64,000 bases of DNA. It comes from an uncultured bacterium. Its GTDB lineage: Bacteria > Bipolaricaulota > Bipolaricaulia > UBA7950 > UBA9294. The notes under the pieces are model-generated. The model saw only the letters and a list, made by a program, of their open reading frames with translations. It did not search any database and had not been told where the DNA came from. A program made the position numbers and the translations under genes. Shown piece after piece: positions 27,882 to 36,443 of this stretch (positions within the stretch are counted from its first letter, which is position 1; each line of letters opens with the position of its first letter). Location of the stretch: contig CAIOGO010000022.1 of NCBI GenBank assembly GCA_903857865.1, positions 59,176 through 123,175 of the forward strand. The letters are read 5' to 3'.

Positions 27882-28322
27882 ATGGCACCGAAAAAGGCGA
27901 CAAGAGGGACAGGATCAACGTTCCTCTTCCTGTGCCGGCACAACGCGGTGCGCTTGCAGATGGCCGAGGTGCTACTTCGCACCCGTTTCCCGGGTCGGTA
28001 CGAGCCGGCAAGCGCGGGGATCGCGCCTTCGGGCATCCATCCGCTGGCGATTGCCGTTCTCGAGGAGATCGGCGTCTCGACTCTTGGTCTACGGCCGAAG
28101 CACGTCGAGGAGTACTTGGGTCGAAGCTTCGATGTGGTGGCAACCGTCTGCGGCCAGGACGAGCCTTCGTGCCCATTCTTCCCTGGAGGCCGTCAGATCC
28201 ATCGTGTGTTCAGCGATCCCAGTTCGGCGTTGGGCACGGACGAAGAACGGCTCGCTGCGTTTCGCAACACCCGCAATGAGATCGATTCCTGGATCGGCGA
28301 TGCGTTCGGAGCGCGCTGCTAG
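27882..28322 (+). CDS. arsenate reductase / low-molecular-weight phosphotyrosine phosphatase family protein
   Basis: CX5R P-loop LFLCRHNAVRLQMAE; ~146 aa. Confidence 0.7.
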   Translation: MAPKKATRGTGSTFLFLCRHNAVRLQMAEVLLRTRFPGRYEPASAGIAPSGIHPLAIAVLEEIGVSTLGLRPKHVEEYLGRSFDVVATVCGQDEPSCPFFPGGRQIHRVFSDPSSALGTDEERLAAFRNTRNEIDSWIGDAFGARC

Positions 28323-28350
28323 GCGCGGCTGCGGCGTGTCGCGACCTTGC

Positions 28351-28578
28351 TTAGGTCGCAGGCGGGGTCACAGCCCCGCGCGCGTTCCAGTTGCGCGCGG
28401 CGTCGGCAATCGCTTCCGGGCCGAGGACGTGCTGATACGTCGACCGCATCTTGGCCGGGCACTTCGTGCAGGAGACGTAGCCGTTGTAGTCGATCTCGTC
28501 AGCCTGTGTGATCGTGGCGGAGCGACACCAACCGCGTGCCTCCCCACCGCAGAACGGACACGGCTTGAGCTTGAACAT
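28351..28578 (-). CDS. Lar-family restriction-alleviation-like small protein
   Basis: MFKLKPCPFCGGEA… matches the LKPCPFCGG hallmark of the Lar family; start choice (28578 vs 28617) uncertain. Confidence 0.45.
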   Translation of the reverse strand: MFKLKPCPFCGGEARGWCRSATITQADEIDYNGYVSCTKCPAKMRSTYQHVLGPEAIADAARNWNARGAVTPPAT

Positions 28579-28811
28579 GCGCCCTCCCCGGCACGGTTTG
28601 CCGGAATCATCCTTCATCCGGGAGCATATCGAGAAGCTTCGCGGGACCGCAGGACGCGCTTCCCGCGGGAGTCGGCCACCTGACCTGCCGTAGCTCCAGC
28701 GCAAATCGGGGCTCCCGATCTGCTGTGCATTGACTGCTCGCCGCGGCGCACCTATGCTCGGCCACGTCGAGCGAGCCCGACGTGGCTAGTGGCTAGAGAA
28801 AGGGTGGAACG

Positions 28812-29249
28812 ATGAGCGCATCGATTGCCGAGGTCCAGAAGGAAGTGTGGAGTCTCTTCAAGCCCAACCAGTGCGTGTATCTTGCGACTGCCGAAGCCGA
28901 CCAACCGCGCGTGCGGCCGGTCACGCTCTTGAACATCGAGCAGAAGTTCTGGATTGCCACGGGAAGGAGGAGCGCGAAGGCCCGTCAGATCCTGCGCAAT
29001 CCGAACGTCGAGTTCTGCCTTCCGCTCACCGAGACGTGCGGCACGGGGTACCTGCGCGTCGCCGGCGTGGCCACCGCGGAGAAGGATCCCGAAACGCGGC
29101 GAAGGATCGGCGAGCAAATCTCGTTCCTGCGCGAGTACTGGTCCGGCCCCGACGATCCGAACGTCATTCTCATTCGGATCACCAGAGTCGAGATCGAGTA
29201 CCTGAAGCCGGGGGAGATGACGGCCGTCACCTTCCTCGTTCAACCCTAG
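28812..29249 (+). CDS. pyridoxamine 5'-phosphate oxidase family (FMN-binding split barrel) protein
   Basis: PNPOx-like family pattern. Confidence 0.65.
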   Translation: MSASIAEVQKEVWSLFKPNQCVYLATAEADQPRVRPVTLLNIEQKFWIATGRRSAKARQILRNPNVEFCLPLTETCGTGYLRVAGVATAEKDPETRRRIGEQISFLREYWSGPDDPNVILIRITRVEIEYLKPGEMTAVTFLVQP

Positions 29250-29277
29250 TAGGTACGCTCAGCCGATGTGAGGGCGC

Positions 29278-29425
29278 CGCGTTGCCCGAGAACCGGTCAG
29301 GCCTCTTGGCAGACAGACCGGCATGCACGTTCAGAAGCGGGTAAGAGCCCCGAAGGTACGTGCAGCCAGCGCAAGGGCAACGCGTTGCCCAAGAACCAGT
29401 CAGACCTCTTGGCAGACTGACCGGC
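29278..29425 (+). repeat. tandem 45-bp imperfect direct repeat (period 103 bp) with internal hairpins, upstream of the CoxM/S/L operon
   Basis: cgcgttgcccRagaaccRgtcagRcctcttggcagacWgaccggc at 29278-29322 and 29381-29425, plus a hairpin tgcacgt…acgtgca between the copies. Confidence 0.6.
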
Positions 29426-29525
29426 GTCTACTATGATAAGTCCGACAGAGCTGATAGACGCGCGATCTCTAGCAGGGTCGCGCGTCGTCACTCCCCCGCG
29501 GGTCGAACGCGGAAAGGAGCCGCTT

Positions 29526-30380
29526 GTGCTCGGACGTTTCGACTACCAGAGACCGTCGACGTTGCCGGAGGCTGGCAGATTGCTTGCCGGGAACGATGGG
29601 CCGGCGGCGGTCCTCGCCGGAGGGACAGATCTTCTCGTCGACATCCGCGGCCGACGCCACGATCCCCGCATCCTCGTGGACATCAAGCGGATCGATGCGC
29701 TGCGGCGCCTTGACGTGGATTCTGCCGGCGCCCTGACGATTGGGGCGGCGGTCCCTTTGAATGAGATCATCGAGCGCGCGGCCATCCGACGGACACTCCC
29801 GGGCCTCGTGCAGGCGGCCGAGTCGATCGCAACGTATCAGCTTCGGAATCGCGCCACGGCCGTCGGCAACCTGTGCAACGCCTCGCCGGCCGCCGACATG
29901 GCGCCCATCCTCCTCGCGCTTGGAGCAGATCTCATGGCCTGGAGTCCACACGGCGAGAGGACGATGCCCCTCTCAAGTCTCTTCGTGGGTGTGAAGAAAA
30001 CATGCCTCGCGGCGGACGAGATCGCGACGGAGCTCCGTATTCTCGCGCCCGAGCCTGGCCTGCGGTCGGGATTCCTCAAGCAGCAGCGACTGCGTGGGCA
30101 CGACCTCGCGGTCTCGAGCGCCGCGGGGACGTACGCGCCGTCGACTGGGGTCCTGCGCCTGGCCGTCGGAAGTTGCGCCCCGACGCCGCTCCTCCTGGAG
30201 CCGATTGAGGTTGGGCGTTCGTCGAAGGCGGTCGTTGAGGAGAAGGCCGTGCGGGCGGTTCAGGCGGCCATGCGGCCGATTAGCGACACCCGCGCGTCGG
30301 CCGACTACCGGCGGGCGGTGCTCCCGGTCCTCGTGAAGCGCCTCGTTGCCGACCTGCTTGCGGAAGGAGGCGCGCCATAG
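29526..30380 (+). CDS. molybdopterin-dehydrogenase FAD-binding subunit (CoxM/XdhB-like)
   Basis: FAD-binding PCMH domain (AGGTDLLV); GTG start at 29526 six nt after an AAGGAG RBS (the track ORF's N-terminal extension is unlikely). Confidence 0.75.
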   Translation: MLGRFDYQRPSTLPEAGRLLAGNDGPAAVLAGGTDLLVDIRGRRHDPRILVDIKRIDALRRLDVDSAGALTIGAAVPLNEIIERAAIRRTLPGLVQAAESIATYQLRNRATAVGNLCNASPAADMAPILLALGADLMAWSPHGERTMPLSSLFVGVKKTCLAADEIATELRILAPEPGLRSGFLKQQRLRGHDLAVSSAAGTYAPSTGVLRLAVGSCAPTPLLLEPIEVGRSSKAVVEEKAVRAVQAAMRPISDTRASADYRRAVLPVLVKRLVADLLAEGGAP

Positions 30381-30397
30381 ACCACACGATCCGCGTC

Positions 30398-30982
30398 ATG
30401 GTCAACGGTCACATGGAGACGGCGTCCGTGCCGTCAGGGCTGACGCTGCTCGAGTTCCTCCGCGATCGCCTCTACCTCACGGGGACGAAGGAGGGCTGCG
30501 GCATCGGCGAGTGCGGCGCATGCACCGTGCTGCTCGACGAGAAGCCGGTCACGGCATGCCTCGTCCTCGCCGTGGAGGCTGACGGGTGCACCGTCGAGAC
30601 GGTCGAGGGCGAGGCGGCGGACGGCCAACTCTCCGTCCTGCAGCGCGCGTTCGTCGAGACCGGCGCGGTGCAGTGCGGCTTCTGCACGCCGGGGATGATC
30701 ATGTCGGCCCGCGGCCTCCTGCGCCGAGACCCGAACCCGAGCGACAACGAGATCGTCGAAGCGATGGCCGGCAACCTCTGTCGCTGCACGGGCTACGCGG
30801 CCATTCTCGAGGCCGTACGGCTTGCCGCGGTCGCGGTCGCGGCCCAGCGTGCGGCTGGACCGCTTACGGGAGAAACCGTAGGGTCCCAGCCTGCGGCTGA
30901 GACCCTTATGGGAGAAACCGGCACGGAACGCCGCCGGTTTCTCCGAGGCGCGGAATCGACTCGGAAGGATGGTCGGCGATGA
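30398..30982 (+). CDS. (2Fe-2S)-binding small subunit (CoxS-like) with unusual C-terminal tandem-repeat extension
   Basis: CGIGECGACTV and CGFCTPGM…CRCTGY motifs; ~35-aa C-terminal extension encoded by the repeat at 30851-30945; start may be a non-canonical codon upstream (the RBS at 30362-30370 is 27 nt from the ATG). Confidence 0.75.
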   Translation: MVNGHMETASVPSGLTLLEFLRDRLYLTGTKEGCGIGECGACTVLLDEKPVTACLVLAVEADGCTVETVEGEAADGQLSVLQRAFVETGAVQCGFCTPGMIMSARGLLRRDPNPSDNEIVEAMAGNLCRCTGYAAILEAVRLAAVAVAAQRAAGPLTGETVGSQPAAETLMGETGTERRRFLRGAESTRKDGRR

Positions 30983-33324
30983 CCCGCGAGCTTCGAGTCG
31001 TCGGAACGTCCGTGCTGCGGGATGATGCGATCGACAAAGTCACCGGCGCCGCGCGCTACACGACCGACCTCGCGTTCCCGGGCATGCTGCATGCGGCCAT
31101 CCTCACCTCGCCTCACGCCTCGGCCCGCATCGTGCATGTCGACCTTGAGGCGGCGCGCGCCGTGCCCGGCGTCCGAGCTGTGCTCGCTGGAAGCGACCTC
31201 GATGTTCGCCTCGGCCTCTACCTCCGCGACAAGCGGATCCTTGCCCGCGACGTCGTCCGCTATCAGGGCGAGCCGGTGGCCGCCGTGGCCGCCGACACGC
31301 TCGACGCTGCCCGCGAGGCCTGCCGTCGCATCCGCGTCGAGTACGACGAGCTTCCGGCCGTGTTCGACCCGCGTGACGCGATGGCGGCGGACGCGCCGCT
31401 CGTCCACCCCGATCTCGCGAGCTACGACCACATGCGCGGCGTCTTCTTCCCGAAGCCGGGAACGAACGTCGCCCACCACCAGAAGATCCGCAAGGGCGAC
31501 GTCCGAGCGTCTCTCGCCGCGGCCGACGTCCGCATCGAAGCTTCGTTCTACAATCCGCCGGTGCAGCATGTGCCGATGGAGACACACGCGTCCATCGCGC
31601 AGGCGTTGCCGGAGAGTCGCGTCGAGATCTGGACGTCGAGCCAGTCGCCCTACACCGTGCGTCACCTCCTGAGTGCCTGCCTCGGCCTGCCGCACGCGGC
31701 CATTCGGGTCCACGTGCCCTACGTCGGCGGCGGGTTCGGTGGCAAGGCCGGCCTCGGCCTCGAGCCGCTTGCCACGGTCCTGTCGAGGGCGGCCGGAGGG
31801 CGTCCCGTCCTTGTCACCGCGACGCGCGAGCAGGAATTCAACACGACCCCCTCGCGGCAGGGGCTGCACTCGACGATCAAGATCGGCGCGACGCGCGACG
31901 GCCGGATCACGGCGCTCGAAGCAACCTACGTCTGGGACGCCGGCGCCTACGCCGACTACGGCGTCAACGTCGGCCGAGCCGCCGCTTACTCCGGCGCCGG
32001 GCCGTACGCCATCGACCACTGCTCGATTGACTCCTATGTCGTCTACACGAACAAGGTCTACGGCACAGCCTATCGCGGCTTCGGGCACCTCGAGGTCCTG
32101 TGGGGCATCGAGCGCGCGATGGATCAGATGGCGCGAAAGCTCGGCCTCGACCCGGCCGAGTTCCGTCGCCGCAATCTCCTCAAGGAAGGGGCCACGACGA
32201 TCACCGGCGAGCTCTTCACTGCTGGGCACGGCAAGCCGGTCGAGTGCCTCGATGCCGTCGCCAAGGCCATTGACTGGGGCCGACCGTCCGGCGCACCCAG
32301 TGCTCCGCACAAGGTGCGCGGCAAAGGGATTGCCATGTTGCACAAGGCGCCGGCCATGCCGACGTACACGTCGTGCGCCGCGGTCATCAAGCTTGACGAA
32401 GACGGCGCCGCCGACGTGCTCGTGTCCGGCGTCGACTACGGCCAGGGAACCTACACGGTGCTTCGACAGATAGCAGCCGAGGAGCTCGGCCTACCCATCG
32501 GCAAGGTTCACCTCACCTGGGACTGCGACACCGCGCTCACGCCCTACGACTGGCAGACCGTGGCCAGCCGCTTCTCCTACATGGGCGGGAACGCCGTGAT
32601 CGAGGCTGCCGCCGATTGCCTAAGGCAACTCACAGCCGTTGCGGCGCAGGCTCTCGGCGTCGCCCCCGAGACAATCGTCTGTCAGGACGAGGTGGCCTTC
32701 CCGGCCGCCGAGCCCGACCGCGCGATTTCCTACAAGGACCTCGCGCTTGGCTACACATTCCCGAACGGGAACGCCATCGGCGGGCCGATCATCGGCCACG
32801 GGCGGTTCATCGCCACCGGACTGACGCACCTTGACCCTGAGACCGGGCAAGGCCGACCGGCACAGTTCTGGACCTACGGCGCCCACGCGGTCGAGATCGA
32901 GGTCGACACGGAAACGGGCGAGATCGAGATCCTGCATATTGCGACCGCCGTCGACGCGGGCAAGGTGCTGAACCCGCTCTCGTGCACCGGCCAGGTCATC
33001 GGCGGCGTCGTGCAGGGCCTCGGCTCGACACTCCTCGAGGGCTTCCAGTTCGACGACAAGGGACGGCTCCTCAACCCGAGCTTCGTCGACTACAAGATCC
33101 CGACCGCCAAGGACCTGCCGCGCCGGATGACGCCGATCTTCCTCGAGAACCCGCAGTCCGGCGGACCGTACGGCGCCCGCGGGGTCGCCGAGCACCCGAT
33201 GATCTCCGTGCCGTCCGCTATCGGCAACGCGCTCGCCGACGCGCTTGGGATCGACTACACCGTCCTCCCGCTCTCGCCCGAACGGGTGCTCCTGGGCATT
33301 CAGAAGAGGGAGAAGACGCCGTGA
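30979..33324 (+). CDS. xanthine dehydrogenase family molybdopterin-binding large subunit (CoxL homologue, not form-I CODH)
   Basis: Aldehyde oxidase/XDH a/b-hammerhead and Moco-binding domains; active-site loop reads AYRGFG rather than the form-I CODH AYRCSFR; ATGA overlap with upstream gene. Confidence 0.85.
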   Translation: MTRELRVVGTSVLRDDAIDKVTGAARYTTDLAFPGMLHAAILTSPHASARIVHVDLEAARAVPGVRAVLAGSDLDVRLGLYLRDKRILARDVVRYQGEPVAAVAADTLDAAREACRRIRVEYDELPAVFDPRDAMAADAPLVHPDLASYDHMRGVFFPKPGTNVAHHQKIRKGDVRASLAAADVRIEASFYNPPVQHVPMETHASIAQALPESRVEIWTSSQSPYTVRHLLSACLGLPHAAIRVHVPYVGGGFGGKAGLGLEPLATVLSRAAGGRPVLVTATREQEFNTTPSRQGLHSTIKIGATRDGRITALEATYVWDAGAYADYGVNVGRAAAYSGAGPYAIDHCSIDSYVVYTNKVYGTAYRGFGHLEVLWGIERAMDQMARKLGLDPAEFRRRNLLKEGATTITGELFTAGHGKPVECLDAVAKAIDWGRPSGAPSAPHKVRGKGIAMLHKAPAMPTYTSCAAVIKLDEDGAADVLVSGVDYGQGTYTVLRQIAAEELGLPIGKVHLTWDCDTALTPYDWQTVASRFSYMGGNAVIEAAADCLRQLTAVAAQALGVAPETIVCQDEVAFPAAEPDRAISYKDLALGYTFPNGNAIGGPIIGHGRFIATGLTHLDPETGQGRPAQFWTYGAHAVEIEVDTETGEIEILHIATAVDAGKVLNPLSCTGQVIGGVVQGLGSTLLEGFQFDDKGRLLNPSFVDYKIPTAKDLPRRMTPIFLENPQSGGPYGARGVAEHPMISVPSAIGNALADALGIDYTVLPLSPERVLLGIQKREKTP

Positions 33325-34925
33325 ACGAGATCCTGGTCGAGCGCGGCCGTTACTTTGACTCCGTCTTCCTCATGCGCATCAGCCGAGAGCTGGAGGCGAT
33401 TCCCGGAGTCCGCCGCGCGGTCGTCGCCATGGGAACGCCGGCCAATCTTGCCGCCCTGGAGAGCGTCGGATTCAAGCTCACGGCCGAGGCCGTCGGCCCG
33501 CGGGCCGGCCCCTCGCCAGGAGACGCCTCCGCAGGGACGTCTCCCCTAGCCGGCCCGCAGGCCGGCCTCCGAGCCGACGATCTCGTGACCGCTCTCGACG
33601 CCGAGAGTCCCGACGCGTTCGAGGCAGCGAAGCGGAGGCTCGTCGAGCTTCTCGCGGCGGGCACCGAGGAAAGCGAGAAGACCGAGGATCGTCCGACGAC
33701 GCTCGACGAAGCGCTCGCCATCGATGCAACGGCCAACCTCGCCTTGATCTCGGTTCCCGGCGCGTACGCGGCCGCCGAGGCGCGGCACGCGCTGCGCCGC
33801 GGCCTCCACGTGATGCTCTTCTCTGACAACGTGACCGTCGAGGACGAGATCGCGCTGAAGGATGAGGCCGCAGCCCGAGGCCTCCTCGTGATGGGCCCCG
33901 ACTGTGGCACCGCGATCCTCAACGGCGTGCCGCTCGGATTTGCCAACGTCGTGCGCCGTGGCGCCATCGGCCTCGTCGGGGCGTCGGGCACCGGGATTCA
34001 GGAAGTGTCCTCTCTCATCGACCGGTTGGGCGGCGGGATCTCCCAGGCCATCGGTATGGGAGGCAGGGACCTCTCAGAACGGGTTGGCGCCCGATCCACG
34101 CTCGCGGCCATCGGCCTTCTGGCCTCTGACCCAGCGACCGCGATCCTCGTAGTCGTCTCCAAAGCGCCTGCCAAGGCGGTGGCCGACCGCGTGATCGCTC
34201 GGCTGCGCGAAGCCGGGAAGCCGGCCGTCGTGCAGTTCGTCGGGGCAGCAACCCGCACAGCCGAAGGCGCGATCACTTTCGCCGACACGCTGGACGCCGC
34301 CGCGCGCGCCGCCTGCCGACTTGCCGGCGTCGAGGTTCCGGTGGAAGCGACGCTCCTGAATCTTCCGCGGGCTCACTTCCAGCCTGAGCTGAAGCGGGGG
34401 CTGCGCCCCCTGCGGGGCCTCTTCTGCGGCGGCACGCTTGCGCAGGAGGCGTGGGTTGTCCTGCACCAGGGCGGGCTCGAGGTGCGATCGAACGTCGCCG
34501 TCGACCCCGCGCTGAAGGTGAAGCCTGGAGCCAAAGTCCGCGGCCACGTCATCTGGGACCTTGGCGACGACGCGTTCACCGTCGGCCGACCCCACCCGAT
34601 GATCGAACCTGCGCTGCGCGATGACCTTGTTGCGGCCGCGCTCGGCGATCCCGGCGTGGCCGTCGTCCTCGTCGACTGCGTCCTCGGCTACGGAGCACAC
34701 CGCGACCCCGCCGGAAGCCTTGGCGCGGCCGTGGTCAACGGAAAGGTGGCGGGAACGCAGAGCGTCGTGATTGCCTCGATCACCGGCACGGAGCGCGATC
34801 CGCAGGGCTACCGCGAGCAACGCCGCACGCTCGAAGCGGCCGGAATCCTCGTCCTTGACAGCAACGCACTCGCTGCGAGATTGGCTCTGGACCTCGTGAG
34901 GCGTGCCGGAGGAGGTGGCGCATGA
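33321..34925 (+). CDS. fdrA: FdrA-family protein (succinyl-CoA-synthetase-alpha-like)
   Basis: GTG start in a GTGA overlap with the coxL-like stop; CoA-binding/ligase-CoA pattern; ~534 aa. Confidence 0.7.
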   Translation: MNEILVERGRYFDSVFLMRISRELEAIPGVRRAVVAMGTPANLAALESVGFKLTAEAVGPRAGPSPGDASAGTSPLAGPQAGLRADDLVTALDAESPDAFEAAKRRLVELLAAGTEESEKTEDRPTTLDEALAIDATANLALISVPGAYAAAEARHALRRGLHVMLFSDNVTVEDEIALKDEAAARGLLVMGPDCGTAILNGVPLGFANVVRRGAIGLVGASGTGIQEVSSLIDRLGGGISQAIGMGGRDLSERVGARSTLAAIGLLASDPATAILVVVSKAPAKAVADRVIARLREAGKPAVVQFVGAATRTAEGAITFADTLDAAARAACRLAGVEVPVEATLLNLPRAHFQPELKRGLRPLRGLFCGGTLAQEAWVVLHQGGLEVRSNVAVDPALKVKPGAKVRGHVIWDLGDDAFTVGRPHPMIEPALRDDLVAAALGDPGVAVVLVDCVLGYGAHRDPAGSLGAAVVNGKVAGTQSVVIASITGTERDPQGYREQRRTLEAAGILVLDSNALAARLALDLVRRAGGGGA

Positions 34926-36370
34926 CGAGAGACTTCCTTCAAAGCCAGCTCCGTGTCGTGAACCTCGGCCTCGCGTCGTTTGCCGACAGCTTGCGCGCGG
35001 CCGGCGCGCCTGTCGTTCACGTCGACTGGCGGCCGCCGGCCGGCGGCGATCCTGAGCTGGCGCGCATTCTCGACGACTTGCGTTCCGAGGATGGATCCGG
35101 CTGGAGGGAGCCGATTGCGTCGGCGAACGCGGAGGTCGTCGCCAAGCTTCTCGCCGCCGAGCCGCACGTCGTCGGCATCGGCCGCGCCGGCGACGTCGTC
35201 CCGGGCATGACCGACCGCACGATTCTGCACGCCGGCCCGCCGATCGTGTGGGACGCCATGTGCGGCCCGATGCGCGGCGCCGTGATCGGCGGCCTCCTCT
35301 ACGAAGAGCTGGCTGCGTCGCCCGAAGAAGCCGCCGAGCTTGCGGCATCCGGCGAGATCCGCTTCAGCCCGTGCCACCATCACCAGGCCGTCGGCCCCAT
35401 GGCCGGAGTCGTGACGGCGTCGATGCCGGTGTGGATCGTCGAGAACGCCGCGTTCGGCAACCGCGCCTTCTGCACCCTCAACGAGGGTCTCGGCAAGGTT
35501 CTGCGCTACGGCGCGTACTCCGAGGAGGTCTTGGTCCGCCTCGTCTGGATGCGCGACGTGCTTGCGCCCCTTCTCGTCAAAGCGCTCCGGAAGCACGGGC
35601 CGCTCGACCTGCGTAGCCTCCTCGCGCAAGCGCTGCAGATGGGCGACGAGGGTCACAACCGCAATCGGGCTGGCACGTCGCTCGTGATCCGCGAGCTTGC
35701 GCCGCACCTCGTTCGCCTGACCGCGCGGCGCGACGACGTCGCACGCGTCTTCGAGTTCCTGAATGCGAACGACCACTTTTTCCTCAACCTCAGCATGCCG
35801 GCCGCCAAGTGCGCGCTTGACGCTGCAGCCGACGTGCCGGGAAGCTCGCTCGTGACCGTCATGGCGCGCAACGGCGTCGAGTTCGGCATTCGACTCTCCG
35901 GAACCGGCGACCGCTGGTTCACCGCGCCGGCACCACGGGTCGACGGCCTCTACCTTCCCGGTTACAGCGCCGCCGACGCCGCGCCTGACATCGGCGACTC
36001 GGCGATCACCGAAACCGGCGGCTACGGCGGCTTTGCCATGGCCGCCGCGCCCGCCATCGTCCAGTTTGTCGGCGGCAGCCCCGAGAAGGCGCTCGAGACG
36101 ACGCGCCGCATGCGCAAGATCACGCTCGCGGAGAGCAACGCGTACCGCATCCCGGCCCTCGGCTTCCGCGGCACGCCGACCGGCATCGACGTACTGCGCG
36201 TTGTCGAGACGGGCGTCTTGCCCGCCATCAACACCGGCATCGCCCACAAGGAACCCGGCGTCGGCATGGTCGGCGCCGGCCTCGTCATCCCGCCGTTCGA
36301 CTGCTTCGCCCAGGGCGTCAGGGCTTTGGCGAGTTCGCTCCTTCAGCAACCCTCGGAGCGCGCAGACTAG
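34922..36370 (+). CDS. DUF1116 (YlbE-like) protein
   Basis: ATGA overlap with fdrA; YlbE-like family similarity. Confidence 0.65.
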   Translation: MTRDFLQSQLRVVNLGLASFADSLRAAGAPVVHVDWRPPAGGDPELARILDDLRSEDGSGWREPIASANAEVVAKLLAAEPHVVGIGRAGDVVPGMTDRTILHAGPPIVWDAMCGPMRGAVIGGLLYEELAASPEEAAELAASGEIRFSPCHHHQAVGPMAGVVTASMPVWIVENAAFGNRAFCTLNEGLGKVLRYGAYSEEVLVRLVWMRDVLAPLLVKALRKHGPLDLRSLLAQALQMGDEGHNRNRAGTSLVIRELAPHLVRLTARRDDVARVFEFLNANDHFFLNLSMPAAKCALDAAADVPGSSLVTVMARNGVEFGIRLSGTGDRWFTAPAPRVDGLYLPGYSAADAAPDIGDSAITETGGYGGFAMAAAPAIVQFVGGSPEKALETTRRMRKITLAESNAYRIPALGFRGTPTGIDVLRVVETGVLPAINTGIAHKEPGVGMVGAGLVIPPFDCFAQGVRALASSLLQQPSERAD

Positions 36371-36443
36371 ATCAGCCAGAATGGCCGTCGGTCTCTTCCC
36401 CGAGTAGTATGGACCAGTGTCTTCTCCAAATGGGGTGAGGTAG

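Noticed and set aside
32982-33320. 113-aa N-terminal extension of the fdrA ORF overlapping coxL
   Set aside because: Out-of-frame overlap with the coxL 3' end. A GTG at 33321 forms a typical 4-bp overlap and FdrA homology starts there.
30979-33324. Annotation as aerobic CO dehydrogenase (form I CoxL)
   Set aside because: The active-site loop reads AYRGFG rather than the VAYRCSFR signature of bona fide CO dehydrogenases; called a generic xanthine dehydrogenase family enzyme.
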